From an uncultured Planctomycetota bacterium (GTDB lineage: Bacteria; Planctomycetota; Planctomycetia; Isosphaerales; Isosphaeraceae), in contig CAWGMQ010000007.1 in assembly GCA_963823665.1 (NCBI GenBank), positions 512,001 to 576,000 of the forward strand: DNA of 64,000 bases, given 5' to 3'. A program made the position numbers and the translations under genes. Below are positions 20,867 through 31,796 of the stretch, piece by piece. A model generated the notes under the pieces. The model was not told the DNA's origin. It saw nothing but the letters and a program-made list of their open reading frames with translations, and made no database searches. Numbering within the stretch: the first letter of the stretch is position 1; every line of letters starts with the position of its first letter.

Positions 20867-21623
20867 ATGCCGATGCCAGAAGGTGATGGACCCCTCGCGT
20901 GGGATTTTCGAACGCTACTCTTATGGTGGAACCTCTTCGCCTTGCCGGCGTTGCTCGTCGTCACTACGGTGTTCGTTGTGGTCCGGAACCGGCGGCTCGA
21001 CCGAAACAACCCCGCCGCCATCGATCTCGACGGCCGCCGGCTGGTCAAGATCGCTGCGCTCATTCATCTGGGAATCAGCGTTCAAGCTCTGGTGCGGCTC
21101 ATACAAGAGCTGCTCACGATGCGCGAGATGGGAGTCACCGAGTCGTTTGAAAATCTGGTCGGGCAAACGTGTTCGGTTATCGTCAATCCGCTCCTTGCTC
21201 TGGGTTTCTGGCGCGGCTGCGCGCAGCACGATGGATTGCAATCGCCGTGGTATGTCGCTCCTGTCGGTGATCAGCGTGATCGTGACGGGTTTTAACTCCC
21301 GATTTCCCACCGCACTCGACCCCATCTGGTGGGCCGATTACTTCGCCGGCAGGTTGATGCCGTTCTTCCTGCTCTTCGTGATGTTCCTACCTCGGGTGAA
21401 GCGCGTCTTCGCCCAGCCGAAAGTCAAGCCGGCCGCTGCCGTCGAGCAAGCTTCAAACGAACCGGCACCGGCCAGGAACGTGCGCTGGTCGATCATCTCG
21501 ATTCTCGCACTGTTATGCTTGATCGTGGTCTTCTCAAACCTCGCCGTCGATACCGCCGACTGGATCGAACGGTCGATCGCAGTGCCCGACGATCTGCCTT
21601 CCGGCCCGGGTGAGATTGAATAA
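20867..21623 (+). CDS. hypothetical membrane protein (frameshifted near 21220-21250)
   Basis: Multiple TM segments spread over two frames. Confidence 0.6.
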
Positions 21624-21685
21624 CTTCGCCCGCGCGACGAACGCTTTTAGATACCATCGTCGGGTTTCGGAACAAGGATTGAACC

Positions 21686-24432
21686 ATGCCAAAGTCATCC
21701 CGTCGCGGTTTGCTCGCGCTCTTCTTGTGTATCACGCTGCTCGCTCGAGCCACGCAGGCGCAGACGGCATCCCAATCCGCACCGTTTAACCCGCCGGACG
21801 ACATCCAATTCCGGGCGGCCAGCATCATCAGCGAGGGCACGCGCATCGCGGCCGAGGTGTATTCCCTCAAGTCGCTCGACGGCAAGCGGCTGCCGACGAT
21901 CGTGCTCTGCCACGGCTGGGGAGGGACGGCCAAAGACCTCCGCCCGGAAGGAATCGCCTTCGCCCGGGCAGGATATCTCGTGGTCGCAATCGACTACCGG
22001 GGCTGGGGAGAAAGCGACGCCCGGCTGGTGCTGACCGGTCCGTCACCCAAGGAAAAGCCCAACCATCGCTTCACGGCCGAAGTGCAGGAAGTGCGCGAGG
22101 TGGTCGACCCGATCGACCAGACGACCGACCTGTTGAATGCGATCCACTGGGTCGCCGGCGATCCGCAGTGCGACCCGGCGCACATCGGTCTCTGGGGCTC
22201 GAGCTATTCGGGCGGCCACGTCGTTTATGCCGCGGCTCGCGACGAACGCGTCAAGGCGACCGTGAGCCAGGTGCCCGCGCTGGATTCACGCTGGGTGGTC
22301 TCAAACCCCAGATCAAAGCCCAGACATTCCGCGAGGCGACCCGGCGAGCCCGAGGCGAGATCGGCTATCCCGAGCCCGGCGCACGGGTCATCCAGGGCCT
22401 GCGCGGCGCACCGATCAGCGAGCGAATGATCAATTATGCACCCGTGGACGACGTCGAGAAGGCCCCGAACTGCGCCATGCTCTTCATCCTCGCGGAGAAG
22501 GAGGAGTACTTCAACAACAAGGACCACGGGTTGAAGGCATTCGAGCGAGCCAAGGGGCCCAAGAAGGTGGTCACGATCCCAGGCATCACTCACTACGGAA
22601 TCTACCTTCAAGCCAGGCCGCAGGCCCAGAAGCTCGCGATCGCGTGGTTCGACGAGCATTTGAAGGGTCAGAACCAGCCGCAGCAGCAGGAGAGCGATCA
22701 CTCAGGCGACTGGACGTCCTACAACGGCGACGTGCTCGGCACGCGGCATAACCGAGGCGAGCACGGCGCTCGATGCGGAAAACGCCGCGCGGCTCGAGCT
22801 CAAGTGGCGGTTCCCGGCGGAAGGCTCCGATCTACAGCTTGGCACCATTCATGCGACGCCGATCGTCGTCGCCGGCTACGTCTATTTCGGCACGGCCACG
22901 GACCCAGCATTCTACAAGCTGACGCCCGACGGCAAGATCCGCTGGGTTTATCGCAACCCCGCATACAAGTCGAGCAAGCCCTCTTCCGACCTGCGAAAAG
23001 GTGTTGCCCAGGGAGGCGAGCGATTTCAGTCCTCCGAGAACGGCGTGCTCGGCTCGGCTCTGGTTGAGGGAGACACGGTCTACTTCGGCGACGTCGGCGG
23101 GTGGTTTTGTGCCCTCGACCGCGCCGACTGGCGTCGAGCGCTGGCGCATCAATGCGCGTGGCAAGGAATTTCCCGGATCACACCCGATCAACGTGTTCAT
23201 GGCGTCGCCGATCATGGCCGACGGAAAGCTCATTGCGGCCGGTGGCACGCTCGAGCAGCTCGTCGCGGCGACGCCGTTCTATCGCGGCAGCACCGGCCGC
23301 GGTTTCGTGCTGGCGCTGGAGCCAAAGACCGGCCGCATCATCTGGAAGTACGACCTGGGCGAAAAACCCGAGCCCCTCGACCCCCCGATCACGATCACGG
23401 ATAGCTGGGGGCCGCACAAGTTCTATTACGGGCCGGGCACCAGCTCGATCTGGAGCACGCCGTCATTCGACGCCGAAACCGGGACGATCTTCTTTGGCAC
23501 GGACGTGAACACGGCCCCGAGGCGCCCGACCTCCGAGGATCCGCGGTCGTCAACGGGTGTCTCGTGCGCGATCGTCGCGGTCGACGTGAAGGACGGAAAA
23601 GAGCGCTGGGTGACCCAGATCAACCCCGGCGATGTGTGGACCAACTCGATGCGGTCCTACGACCCGAAGGAAGGCCGCTACAAGGATCAGTCCATCGGTG
23701 ACACGCCCAAGATCTACACGATCAACGTCGACGGCAAGCCGGTCAAGGTCGTCGGCGCCGGTTGCAAGAACGGCGGGCTTTTACGTTCTTCGAGCCTCCG
23801 ACGGCAAGATGCTCGACCACACACCGATCTACACAGGGCCGCCCGCTTTTCCGCTTTCTCCCGAGCCGGACAGGCGCATGCTTGCCCTGCCGAGCTGCAT
23901 CGGCGGCCTGCAGACTGGCTGTGCTATCGATGGACAAACCATCTTCACCAACGGGATTGATGCTCTGCTGCTCGGCTCGCAGGAAAAAGCGATCGCCAGC
24001 GGTGTTCCCCCGACGGCGGGACGGGTCGTGGCGATCTCCCTCGACACCAGCACCGAGCGCTGGCGTCACGAGCGGCCGAGGGTCGCCAAGGTTGGCGGCC
24101 CTCCGCCGAGGTCGGTCTACACCGACGTCGGCGACCCCGTTGCCTCGGGCATCGCGGTTGCCAACGGCGTCGTTTATTTCACAACGGTGGCCAGTGGAAA
24201 GCTCGTGGCGTTGAACGCGGCGACCGGCAGTCTGATCAAGGAGATCGACATCGGCCCAGTCTGGTCCGGCCCCTCGGTGTCTCGCGGCCGCGTCTACGTG
24301 GGAACCGGCAACACGCTCTTCAACCCAGGCAACTACGAGGCATTCTTCCCCAAAAAATACAGCGGCGTGCTCTACTCCTTCGGGCTGCCAGGCGAGGACG
24401 AAGTTAGCCGAATGGGCGCCGGCAAAGAATGA
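21686..24432 (+). CDS. alpha/beta hydrolase fused to a PQQ-like beta-propeller; several frameshifts
   Basis: CHGWGG, IDYRGWGES, GSSYSGG, HYGIY, then in frame DWTSYNGD and propeller repeats ending WSGPSVSRGRVYVGTG. Confidence 0.8.
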
Positions 24433-24570
24433 CCATATTCCAGAAGTGCGAGGCTCCCGCCAAGCGGGAAATGCGGGCGCAATTTGCAACGCGCATGATA
24501 AACCCCCGATTCCGAATAACAAACCAGGCGTCTCAGCACGAATTCCGCCTTCTCGAACCGAAGAAACCCA

Positions 24571-25355
24571 TCAAAGCATACCGACAATCGCATCATACCG
24601 CGCCAGATGCTCCGCCGGCGCAAACAGCGGCTGCGTGAAACGAAAGAGCGACTTTTGATCAAGACTCCACCCGATCTCCCCTGCGTGGTCGACCGGCCAG
24701 TCATCCAGATGCTCGCGTCCCGGGCGAAGCGCCGACGACCTGGTCACGACGCCGTCATTCAATTCCCCTCGAATCCGGCCGATCGCCGACGCAAGCTTGA
24801 AAAGCAACAACTGGTTGCTCTCTCGAGAGGCATCGCCGGCCACTTCGAAGTACGCGCACACCGCTTGAATCCGGCGTCGAATCATCAAACTGGCACGACG
24901 ACCACGGTGGTCAAATCTCGCAGGCCTCCCGCATTCGCCTCGAGCAAGGCGACAAGAGGCTTGGGAATATAGGCAAAAAGCGGATCCGTGTGGTTGGCAA
25001 CAGCGTCAGCCACCGGTGACCCCCGATGCGGTGTACCGATCGTCACAAGCGTCTTCACCCGCGCGGCGACATTCGCGACGTTGCAGAGCGCATATCTCGC
25101 GTCGAGCCCCCCCATACTGTGCGCGATCACGTGCAACGGATTGTCAGACGGCGACACAGCCAGGATCGCCGCGGCAAGCTGCTGACCGCGCTGGGCAACT
25201 GATCCGACTGGATTCACCTGCGGGGCGATCACCGTGTGGCCCTGCTTTGTAAGATGCGCAGCAACCCCGTTGAAATAATTGAGCAGCGACGACACGCCAG
25301 GGATCGTTCCATATCCCAGAATTCCATGCGCGAGAATGATCGTGTGTTGTGCCAT
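24571..25355 (-). CDS. triacylglycerol lipase-like alpha/beta hydrolase; frameshift near 24890
   Basis: LAHG, IAHSMGGLDAR, TIGTPHRGS, NDGVV, DHAGEIG. Confidence 0.85.
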
Positions 25356-25399
25356 GTCATGCCATGCCGTTGCACGCGCTGCTGAGGTTACGGTCGCGG

Positions 25400-26356
25400 T
25401 TACAAACCTTTCGTTCCCGCGACATTCACACCGCTGCCGATGATGAGGTTGTGATGAAACGCCCAGTTGTACAGATTCCCATTCTTGGCCGGCTCCAGCT
25501 CCACCAGGTTTTCAAAGCCTTCTTCGTGGAACCAGCCTTTGAGTTCGTCAATGGTGTGGTGCGACTGATATCGCGGCGCGTACCAGTCGAAATTGTCGCA
25601 GACGCGCAACGTCCAGTCTGGGTGGCTGGAGAAGTTGGCGATTTTGTTAAGCGTGCGGTTCAAGATCGGGATGCTCCCCAGGGCACCCATGCCGGCGGAA
25701 ATGGGTTCGAGAACCCGCGCGGGCAAGCGCGTCGTCAAACTTCGCAAGCCCGAATTCAACCATTCCTGAGCCAGCACGTTCCGGCGATAAAGCCATACGG
25801 CGAGGCGGCCGCCCTGCTTGACCTTGCGGGCGATCTGTGCGAACGCCCGGCGCGGGTCCGGCGTATGGTGCAGAACCCCGATCGAGTAAACCAGGTCGAA
25901 CGCGTCATCGGCCAGCGCAAGGTCAAGAAGATCGGCCTGGAGGATGGCCACATTCGGCAGGCCCTGGCACAGCCGCGACGCTCTCACGACGGCGGAGCTC
26001 AAGTCGACGCCGATGACCTTGGCGCCGTGAGACCCGACCAGGCGGGCATATCGCCCCCCGCCGCAGCCCGCATCGAGAACGAGGTGGCCGGCGAGGTCCG
26101 CCGACGTGACGCCCGTCTTGACCAGAAACGTTGCCTCGTCTTCTTCCGGCCGGACAACATCATAGCGATTCCACTGCCGGCCGAAGCTGGCGGAATAAGA
26201 TTCAAGCTCGCCAGCCAGACGAGGAATTCCATCGACGACCGGCACCACCGTACGACAATCGAGGCAGAGCATGCCGTCCCGTGATTCACTCGTGATCGTG
26301 AGTGAGCCTGTTCGGCACTTGGGACACCGCAAAAAGCGAAGCAGCTCAGATTCCAT
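25400..26356 (-). CDS. class I SAM-dependent methyltransferase with Trm112-like N-terminus
   Basis: LRCPKC..CLDC..VVDGIPR, VLDAGCGGGR, GVLHHTPD. Confidence 0.9.
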   Translation of the reverse strand: MESELLRFLRCPKCRTGSLTITSESRDGMLCLDCRTVVPVVDGIPRLAGELESYSASFGRQWNRYDVVRPEEDEATFLVKTGVTSADLAGHLVLDAGCGGGRYARLVGSHGAKVIGVDLSSAVVRASRLCQGLPNVAILQADLLDLALADDAFDLVYSIGVLHHTPDPRRAFAQIARKVKQGGRLAVWLYRRNVLAQEWLNSGLRSLTTRLPARVLEPISAGMGALGSIPILNRTLNKIANFSSHPDWTLRVCDNFDWYAPRYQSHHTIDELKGWFHEEGFENLVELEPAKNGNLYNWAFHHNLIIGSGVNVAGTKGL

Positions 26357-26557
26357 GATCAGGTCGTACTCATCCTCGTTTCCGTCCGTCGTTCTGGTTA
26401 CTCTACGATAGCAGACAACTGGGCGGGTGGACGACCTTCGGCTGCGAGTCAGTCGCTGATCTCGACTCATGGACACGGGCCAAGCAAATGATGAAGCGTG
26501 TTTGCCTTGGCATCCTCACACTCGCGATCGTTGTTTTCCGCACAAGCGAGCTCGCCG

Positions 26558-27154
26558 ATGGATGACATCGACCACATCTTTGAGCGCCTTGGGCGTTCGC
26601 GCTTTCGAAGCCGGTTTCGCCTGCGAGCGAAGGAACGCGAGTACCTGGAGCGCAAGGGGCTCGACGTGATCCTCGATCACGGACGAGACTTCATTGAAAA
26701 GCGGCTCGCGCCGGCAGAACCGGAAAACGACGGCCGTCAAACGCCGATGAGGAACCATCCTGTGTTCGTCGCCCAGCACGCGACGGCTACCTGTTGCCGT
26801 GGGTGCCTCGAGAAATGGCACGGCATTCCCAAGGGCAGGCTATTGTCGACGCAAGAGAAAGCACACATATTGGCTGCGATCAGCCGCTGGTTGCGCACGG
26901 GCTCAGCGACTAAGGAGGTCACGATCGACGATGGCGAAATTGACTCACCGCACTACGCAGCATGCCGTTGCTCAACCCGCAGCAGGTCATGTACAGATTC
27001 GAAGTCAGCACGCCCTTCGCACAAAAACGCGTCGAAGTCGAGCTCCAACTCCGCCGGATGCACCCGGCTGGCCTCGATGTTCGCTCTGTGGTTGTCGAAA
27101 GCCCAGGACATCACCAAGATCGACGTGCAAGTCAGCAGAATGTTCAACAGATAG
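26558..27154 (+). CDS. DUF4186 domain protein (true 3' end probably near 26950)
   Basis: RSRFRSRFRL, NDGRQTP, HPVFVAQHATATCCRGCLEKWHGI. Confidence 0.85.
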   Translation: MDDIDHIFERLGRSRFRSRFRLRAKEREYLERKGLDVILDHGRDFIEKRLAPAEPENDGRQTPMRNHPVFVAQHATATCCRGCLEKWHGIPKGRLLSTQEKAHILAAISRWLRTGSATKEVTIDDGEIDSPHYAACRCSTRSRSCTDSKSARPSHKNASKSSSNSAGCTRLASMFALWLSKAQDITKIDVQVSRMFNR

Positions 27155-27160
27155 AACCCA

Positions 27161-28714
27161 GCCTCCTCAGCAGAATCTGTGGGTAAATTCTGGCTCAGGC
27201 AGGGCGCCAAGGCTGTGATACAAGGCGTTTTTCACTGCATCGAACGTCCGAAAACCGTACGCCTTTCTCGTCGTCAATTTCACCTTGTTGTTCAGGCCCT
27301 CTGCAATGCCTGCGGAAATCGTCCCACGGGCCTTGAACCAATTCAGGATCAATTCTTCATGGCTGCGAAGCCTTCGAGCCACTTTCTTCATTGGCTCGAT
27401 CTTTGATCGCATCGTCCTGGTGCACCACTCGTGCAGAAATCGACTCGCCCAGCCGTGATATTGGTAAGTCCAGAAACGCTGAAAATCCTCCCGCAAAAGA
27501 TAGCTTCTCACGGACTTTAGGTTGTACTGCACCAGTTCGGCCAATCTCACGGTCTGCTTCTTTGTTAGGTTCTCCGGCCGCTTCAGCAGGCACCATCGCG
27601 CCCGTTTCAGGACTGGCTCGTAGCCATCTCGCTTCAGCCGGCGCGCTTCCTCGGCACGTACTTCGTCGATCGCCTTATTCATCGCTTGCATGATGTGAAA
27701 GCGGTCGAGCACGTGGATCGCGCCAGAAACCTCTTGGGCCAGCACGTTGAGGTACGGTTTCCACATATCGCTGCATAGATAGCGGATCGAGTTCTTGGTC
27801 TCGTCGGTTATGGTTTGGAAAAAGCCACGCAGGCTTTCCTCCGTCCGGTCCAACCCAATCCAGAGCAACCGCCTGAACCCAGCGTCAATCTGGTAAACCA
27901 GCGTCAGGTAATGATGGCCCCTTTGCCACTGCACTTCGTCTACAGCGATGGCCTTGATTCCGGTCATCGTCCGTCTCGCCAAGCCCCATGCGACTGCATA
28001 CTCGACCGAGCGGTACACAGTTTCCCAGGTAGTATGGAATATCAAGGCGACTTCCAGCCACGAGAGCCGCTTGGCCCAACCGGCTAGAAACCATCGGTAG
28101 GCCGTAGTCACCGGGCTCTTGCCGTCACTCCACGGGACCTCTTCGACGATCACACCGCACTTCGGGCAGTCAACGCGCCTCATTGCGTAGACAAAGAACA
28201 CAGCGATCTGCCAGAGCGGCACGAACTCGAACCTTCGTACAGGTAGTTGATCATACCCGGCTCGCTTACGGTGGCACCCGGAGCAAACAGCTCGGCTGTT
28301 GCGGCGGGCTTCAATTTCTACCTCCAAGGCAAGTTGCTTTCCTTTCGAGACCAAACTTACCTTGCCGTACACGAAGGACTTTTGCGGTGCAATGCGATTG
28401 AGGATAGTCTTGAGGAGCATCGTGTGGGGCCTCTCGATTGGGATGGTCTTGGTAACCCTTCCCTAACCGACGGCCGCGCACGATGCACTACCCTACCTTC
28501 TTCAAAAAAACCTTTCTCAAGAACGAGTCCGCGAAGAGCTATTTAAAACTGAACCATCAAATGTGAACTTCGCCTACCCCTCCCGCCTTCACCTTCGCTT
28601 CGCCCTCAACCTAGCAGGGCGGACCGAATGTGAAGGTGGGAGGGAGAACCCTCCTGTCGAGCCCGAGCCGAGCCGCTGCATCGTTTTTCAACCCACAAAT
28701 TCTGCCGAAGACCC
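27161..28714 (-). mobile_element. ISL3 family insertion sequence (~1.55 kb)
   Basis: Imperfect terminal inverted repeats gcctcctcagcagaatctgtgggt / gggtcttcggcagaatttgtgggt; flanks gaaccca and gaaacca look like a target duplication. Confidence 0.85.
27167..28420 (-). CDS. ISL3 family transposase
   Basis: Zn finger CSGC/CPKC, IAVDE, CSDMWKPY, LDRFH, EGLNNKVK..AYGFR. Confidence 0.95.
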   Translation of the reverse strand: MLLKTILNRIAPQKSFVYGKVSLVSKGKQLALEVEIEARRNSRAVCSGCHRKRAGYDQLPVRRFEFVPLWQIAVFFVYAMRRVDCPKCGVIVEEVPWSDGKSPVTTAYRWFLAGWAKRLSWLEVALIFHTTWETVYRSVEYAVAWGLARRTMTGIKAIAVDEVQWQRGHHYLTLVYQIDAGFRRLLWIGLDRTEESLRGFFQTITDETKNSIRYLCSDMWKPYLNVLAQEVSGAIHVLDRFHIMQAMNKAIDEVRAEEARRLKRDGYEPVLKRARWCLLKRPENLTKKQTVRLAELVQYNLKSVRSYLLREDFQRFWTYQYHGWASRFLHEWCTRTMRSKIEPMKKVARRLRSHEELILNWFKARGTISAGIAEGLNNKVKLTTRKAYGFRTFDAVKNALYHSLGALPEPEFTHRFC

Positions 28715-28889
28715 GAAACCAAAGGTGCGAGCATCTGAGAAGCCTCCCCGCGAATTGGACCTCCGGCAGCCTACGGCGGATCCCCCTCTGGTGGGCATTT
28801 CAATCCGCTGAGCGTCGTCTGTCATGAATGATCCTACGCGGCGAAGTTAAGACCACGGTGAAGCGAACATAAAATCCTCTTCATCTCGC

Positions 28890-29111
28890 TTACGCAGCAC
28901 CACGCGTATCAACCCAAAGCACGTCATACACGGATTCGAAGTCTGACCGCCGGTCGCGCGGCATCAAGTCGCGGCCGAGTTGCAAATCCGCCGGACGAAA
29001 CGGGCCGGCCTCGATCGCCGCTTGGTGGGTCTCGTAGGCCCAAGAGATCAAATACATCCCCGTGCATGCGAGCAGTATGGTCAATAGACCGAATCCCAAC
29101 GGTGCGAGCAT
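28890..29111 (-). CDS. small (73 aa) membrane protein, intact tandem copy
   Basis: ggagg RBS before ATG; N-terminal TM segment; paralog of the interrupted copy. Confidence 0.65.
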   Translation of the reverse strand: MLAPLGFGLLTILLACTGMYLISWAYETHQAAIEAGPFRPADLQLGRDLMPRDRRSDFESVYDVLWVDTRGAA

Positions 29112-29564
29112 TTGAGAAGCCTCCCCGCGAGTTCGACTCCTGGCCGCCGGTGGCGGATCCGCCCGTGATGGGCATTTCAATCCGCTGGGCGTCGACTGTC
29201 ATGAATAACCATACGCGGTGAAGTTAAGAGCACGGTGAAGCGGAGATAAAATCCTCTTCATCATGCGTCCAAAACGCGCACCAGAAGGCTATCTCTGCCG
29301 CAAGTCGTTGCTGCCAGCTCAGTTGGGTTCTGGCCACGGCCGCGTTCATCCGGCGCGTGCGTGACACAGATGAAGCTCAAGATTTTGGAGAAACCTCATT
29401 TCGTCACGTCAAATCAACCGGAGCCGGACACGAGCGCCCGGGCAAGGAACTTTCCGGTATCCGTCGCGCCCGCCTCGGGCGATGCTCACCCATGACGTGC
29501 GTGCAGCCTTGACTCGGGTACCTGTTTGATGCACGCTTTGAATACGTACGCGGAGAATCTCGTC

Positions 29565-29840
29565 GTGCCTCGAGCACCCGTTGATGACGACCGAGTGGCT
29601 TTGCGGGTCAGGCCGGCCGACAAGGCCATGATCGTGCGCGCTGCCGCCCTGGCGCAAACGGACATGACCACGTTCATCCTACGCACCGTGCTGCGGGAAG
29701 CGGAGTCAGTGATCAAAGAACATGAGCGAATCAAGCTCTCAGTCCGTGACAGCAAGCTCGCGATGGACCTGCTGGAAAACCCCCCTCCACCCAATGCAAA
29801 GCTGCTAAAAGCCGCACGCGCGATGCTGCGACGCTCATGA
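29565..29840 (+). CDS. DUF1778 (TacA/AtaR-like) RHH antitoxin
   Basis: LRVRPADKAMIVRAAAL, TFIL, LLENPPPPNAKL. Confidence 0.9.
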   Translation: MPRAPVDDDRVALRVRPADKAMIVRAAALAQTDMTTFILRTVLREAESVIKEHERIKLSVRDSKLAMDLLENPPPPNAKLLKAARAMLRRS

Positions 29841-29865
29841 CTCTGCCCGCCTGGCATGAAGAGAG
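29837..29865 (+). pseudogene. stub of a GNAT acetyltransferase toxin (MTLPAWHEE)
   Basis: ATGA overlap with the antitoxin stop; N-terminus typical of DUF1778-partnered GNAT toxins, similarity then ends. Confidence 0.55.
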
Positions 29866-29931
29866 ACGCGATCGTTTGCCACTCCCCCGCCGGGCACCCG
29901 CAGCGTGCAGAGTGCGCCCGGCGGGTGAAGG

Positions 29932-30387
29932 TCAACCCTGACTGCCAGCTTGCTGTTTTTCCGTCGTCGCCTTCCATTCCTGGAATCGTTGGTCGAGCAC
30001 AGGCTTGATGCGCTCGAAGTTCTCCCAGGTATCGGCGACGTGGTAGAGATACGGGAGATCTGCGCCAAGGGTCTTCTCGTAATCGCCGAGAAACTGGCCT
30101 GTTTCGAGCTCGAAGTATTCCTGAGCGAACGCATTTCTCTCATCGTTCAGGTCGTCGTCAGTGAATTTGCCGTCACAGACATTGACGAAGAAGGCCCCGG
30201 GTGTCACCGTTCGAGACCGCAGTTGCTCGAGCTCGTCCGGCAAGTCAACCACATAATCTTCGCCCGCAAGTCCGGACAGCAGCGCCCAGGCAAGAAACAT
30301 TCCGGTATGCGTCCCGCCTGCCTCGATCGGCAAGTCCTTGGGAAAATCCCCACCGTAGTGCCATGATACATCGTCATATTTGGTCAT
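29932..30387 (-). CDS. conserved hypothetical acidic protein (possible immunity-type)
   Basis: KYDDVSWHYGGDFP..THTGMFLAW..DGKF..YHVADTWENF. Confidence 0.7.
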   Translation of the reverse strand: MTKYDDVSWHYGGDFPKDLPIEAGGTHTGMFLAWALLSGLAGEDYVVDLPDELEQLRSRTVTPGAFFVNVCDGKFTDDDLNDERNAFAQEYFELETGQFLGDYEKTLGADLPYLYHVADTWENFERIKPVLDQRFQEWKATTEKQQAGSQG

Positions 30388-30477
30388 CAGAATCACTTGG
30401 GATGATCTCGAGCTGGGTGCAGGAAGCCATTCACAATGCCCGGTCGAATCGCCGCCCCCGGAATCGAAAAAAGCCAT

Positions 30478-30782
30478 TCAGGCAGGCCTTGATCGCCGGG
30501 GAGCAGGTTTCTTCGTTTCCTTGACGCCCGGCACATCTTTCCAGAACTCGTCGCCAGGGATTCCGGTCCCGGCGCCTCAATCCGACGTCGGGCGGCCGCC
30601 AGGATTTCCTGGAGTCGCGGCGAATGGGCCATCAACAGGCGCTCCGGTTCATCATCATCGCTTACGGCCAGAAGCACCGCGGTGGGCTTGCCATCGCGGA
30701 TGACCATGACAGGCCCCCGCTTGGTAGCCCGGAGGTAAGCGCTGAAATGTGCCTTCACATCCGCCACCGAAGCGATTTTCAT
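30478..30782 (-). CDS. Phd/YefM family antitoxin (frameshift near 30572)
   Basis: MKIASVADVKAHFSAYL..GPVMVIRDGKPTAVL; C-terminal GIPGDEFWK in a shifted frame. Confidence 0.85.
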
Positions 30783-30832
30783 AGCTCCAACTCTTCTCCG
30801 CCCTTGATGAGACGATTCCTTGCCTTTATCGT
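30779..30832 (-). pseudogene. C-terminal stub of a RelE/ParE-like toxin (TIKARNRLIKGGEELEL*)
   Basis: Stop overlaps the antitoxin ATG; resembles the C-terminus of toxins that precede this antitoxin type. Confidence 0.55.
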
Positions 30833-30871
30833 CGCGGGTGCAAGCTCGCGTCAATCGCGTAGACTTGCCGC

Positions 30872-31291
30872 TCAGATCGACCAGTCCTCGACGATCAGCC
30901 CAGGGATTCGGCCAAAGTCACGGCGGTTGCGCGTAACGACCACCGCTCCGTTCTCACGGGCGATCGCGCCGATGCGCAGATCCATAAGGCGGACATTGAG
31001 ATGGAGGGTCTTGAGTTGCGCTGTCCGCGCGATGGCGGATTCGGTGTAAGGGAGTACGCGCCACTTCGCCAAGCGCGGGACTGCCTCCCCGAGATGCGCG
31101 TAGGCTCGTGCGACCTGTTCCGGTCGGCGGGCTTGACGGGTCAGCGTGTACCATCCCGTGAGTTGCTCGTCGACGGTCATGATTGAAATCGCCAACTCAC
31201 CGGGCGGCCTGGCACCAATTCGCCGCACGACTGCGGCATCGCCATGGTAGAACAGAGTCAGATGGTCCGTATCGAGGACGAAGAGGCTCAC
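30872..31291 (-). CDS. vapC: PIN-domain VapC toxin
   Basis: FVLDTDHL, ISIMTVDE, MDLRIGAIA, VVTRNRRDF. Confidence 0.92.
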   Translation of the reverse strand: MSLFVLDTDHLTLFYHGDAAVVRRIGARPPGELAISIMTVDEQLTGWYTLTRQARRPEQVARAYAHLGEAVPRLAKWRVLPYTESAIARTAQLKTLHLNVRLMDLRIGAIARENGAVVVTRNRRDFGRIPGLIVEDWSI

Positions 31292-31593
31292 AACGCCTCG
31301 GGATCTTCATCCAGCTTGCGACGGTATTCTTCCATCGCTTCACGCCAGGGCTCGTACAGCGGTTCGTCACGCAGGTAGCCGGCATCCGGCATCCAGCTAG
31401 CAGAGCCAGGAGTCAAGTTCAGCTCAGTCAGCATCGCTCCCGCGGTCACACGCGCCCGTACTTGTTCGGCGAGGCGGTCGATGGCTTCCACTGCCGTCGC
31501 GCCCTCGGCTGTGAGGCCGACCGAAAGCCCGCCCGCCCCTGTGGCGCGATACCCGTTACCGGCGACCGTTTCGATGATGACAGGTATTTCCAT
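31288..31593 (-). CDS. putative antitoxin of VapC (HicB-like N-terminus)
   Basis: 4-bp overlap with vapC; GYRATG..AEGATAVEAI. Confidence 0.7.
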   Translation of the reverse strand: MEIPVIIETVAGNGYRATGAGGLSVGLTAEGATAVEAIDRLAEQVRARVTAGAMLTELNLTPGSASWMPDAGYLRDEPLYEPWREAMEEYRRKLDEDPEAL

Positions 31594-31796
31594 GGAGGGC
31601 ACTCCGTCTGTAATCACCACGACTACGATATTCTAACCGGAAGTAAATGGGCCTGAAAGAGAACCGCGCTGGACGAACCGGACCTCATCCTGCTGGGTGG
31701 GCGGTCCACTCGAAGCCCTGATGACCGACCTCGACAATGCCGAAGGCACGGCCCACCGTACGAATTCGCGTTTGGGTTCGTGTTGTCCGGCTCCGC

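Larger units (their letters stand above)
26953..28734 (-). pseudogene. small membrane protein gene interrupted by ISL3 (paralog of 28890-29111)
   Basis: MLAPL at 28734, then IS, then FYLLNILL..DFESVHDLL down to 26953. Confidence 0.8.

Noticed and set aside
28924..29202. MTVDAQRIEMP ORF as the duplicated gene
   Set aside because: The frame conserved between the copies, with a GGAGG RBS and a TM segment, starts at 29111.
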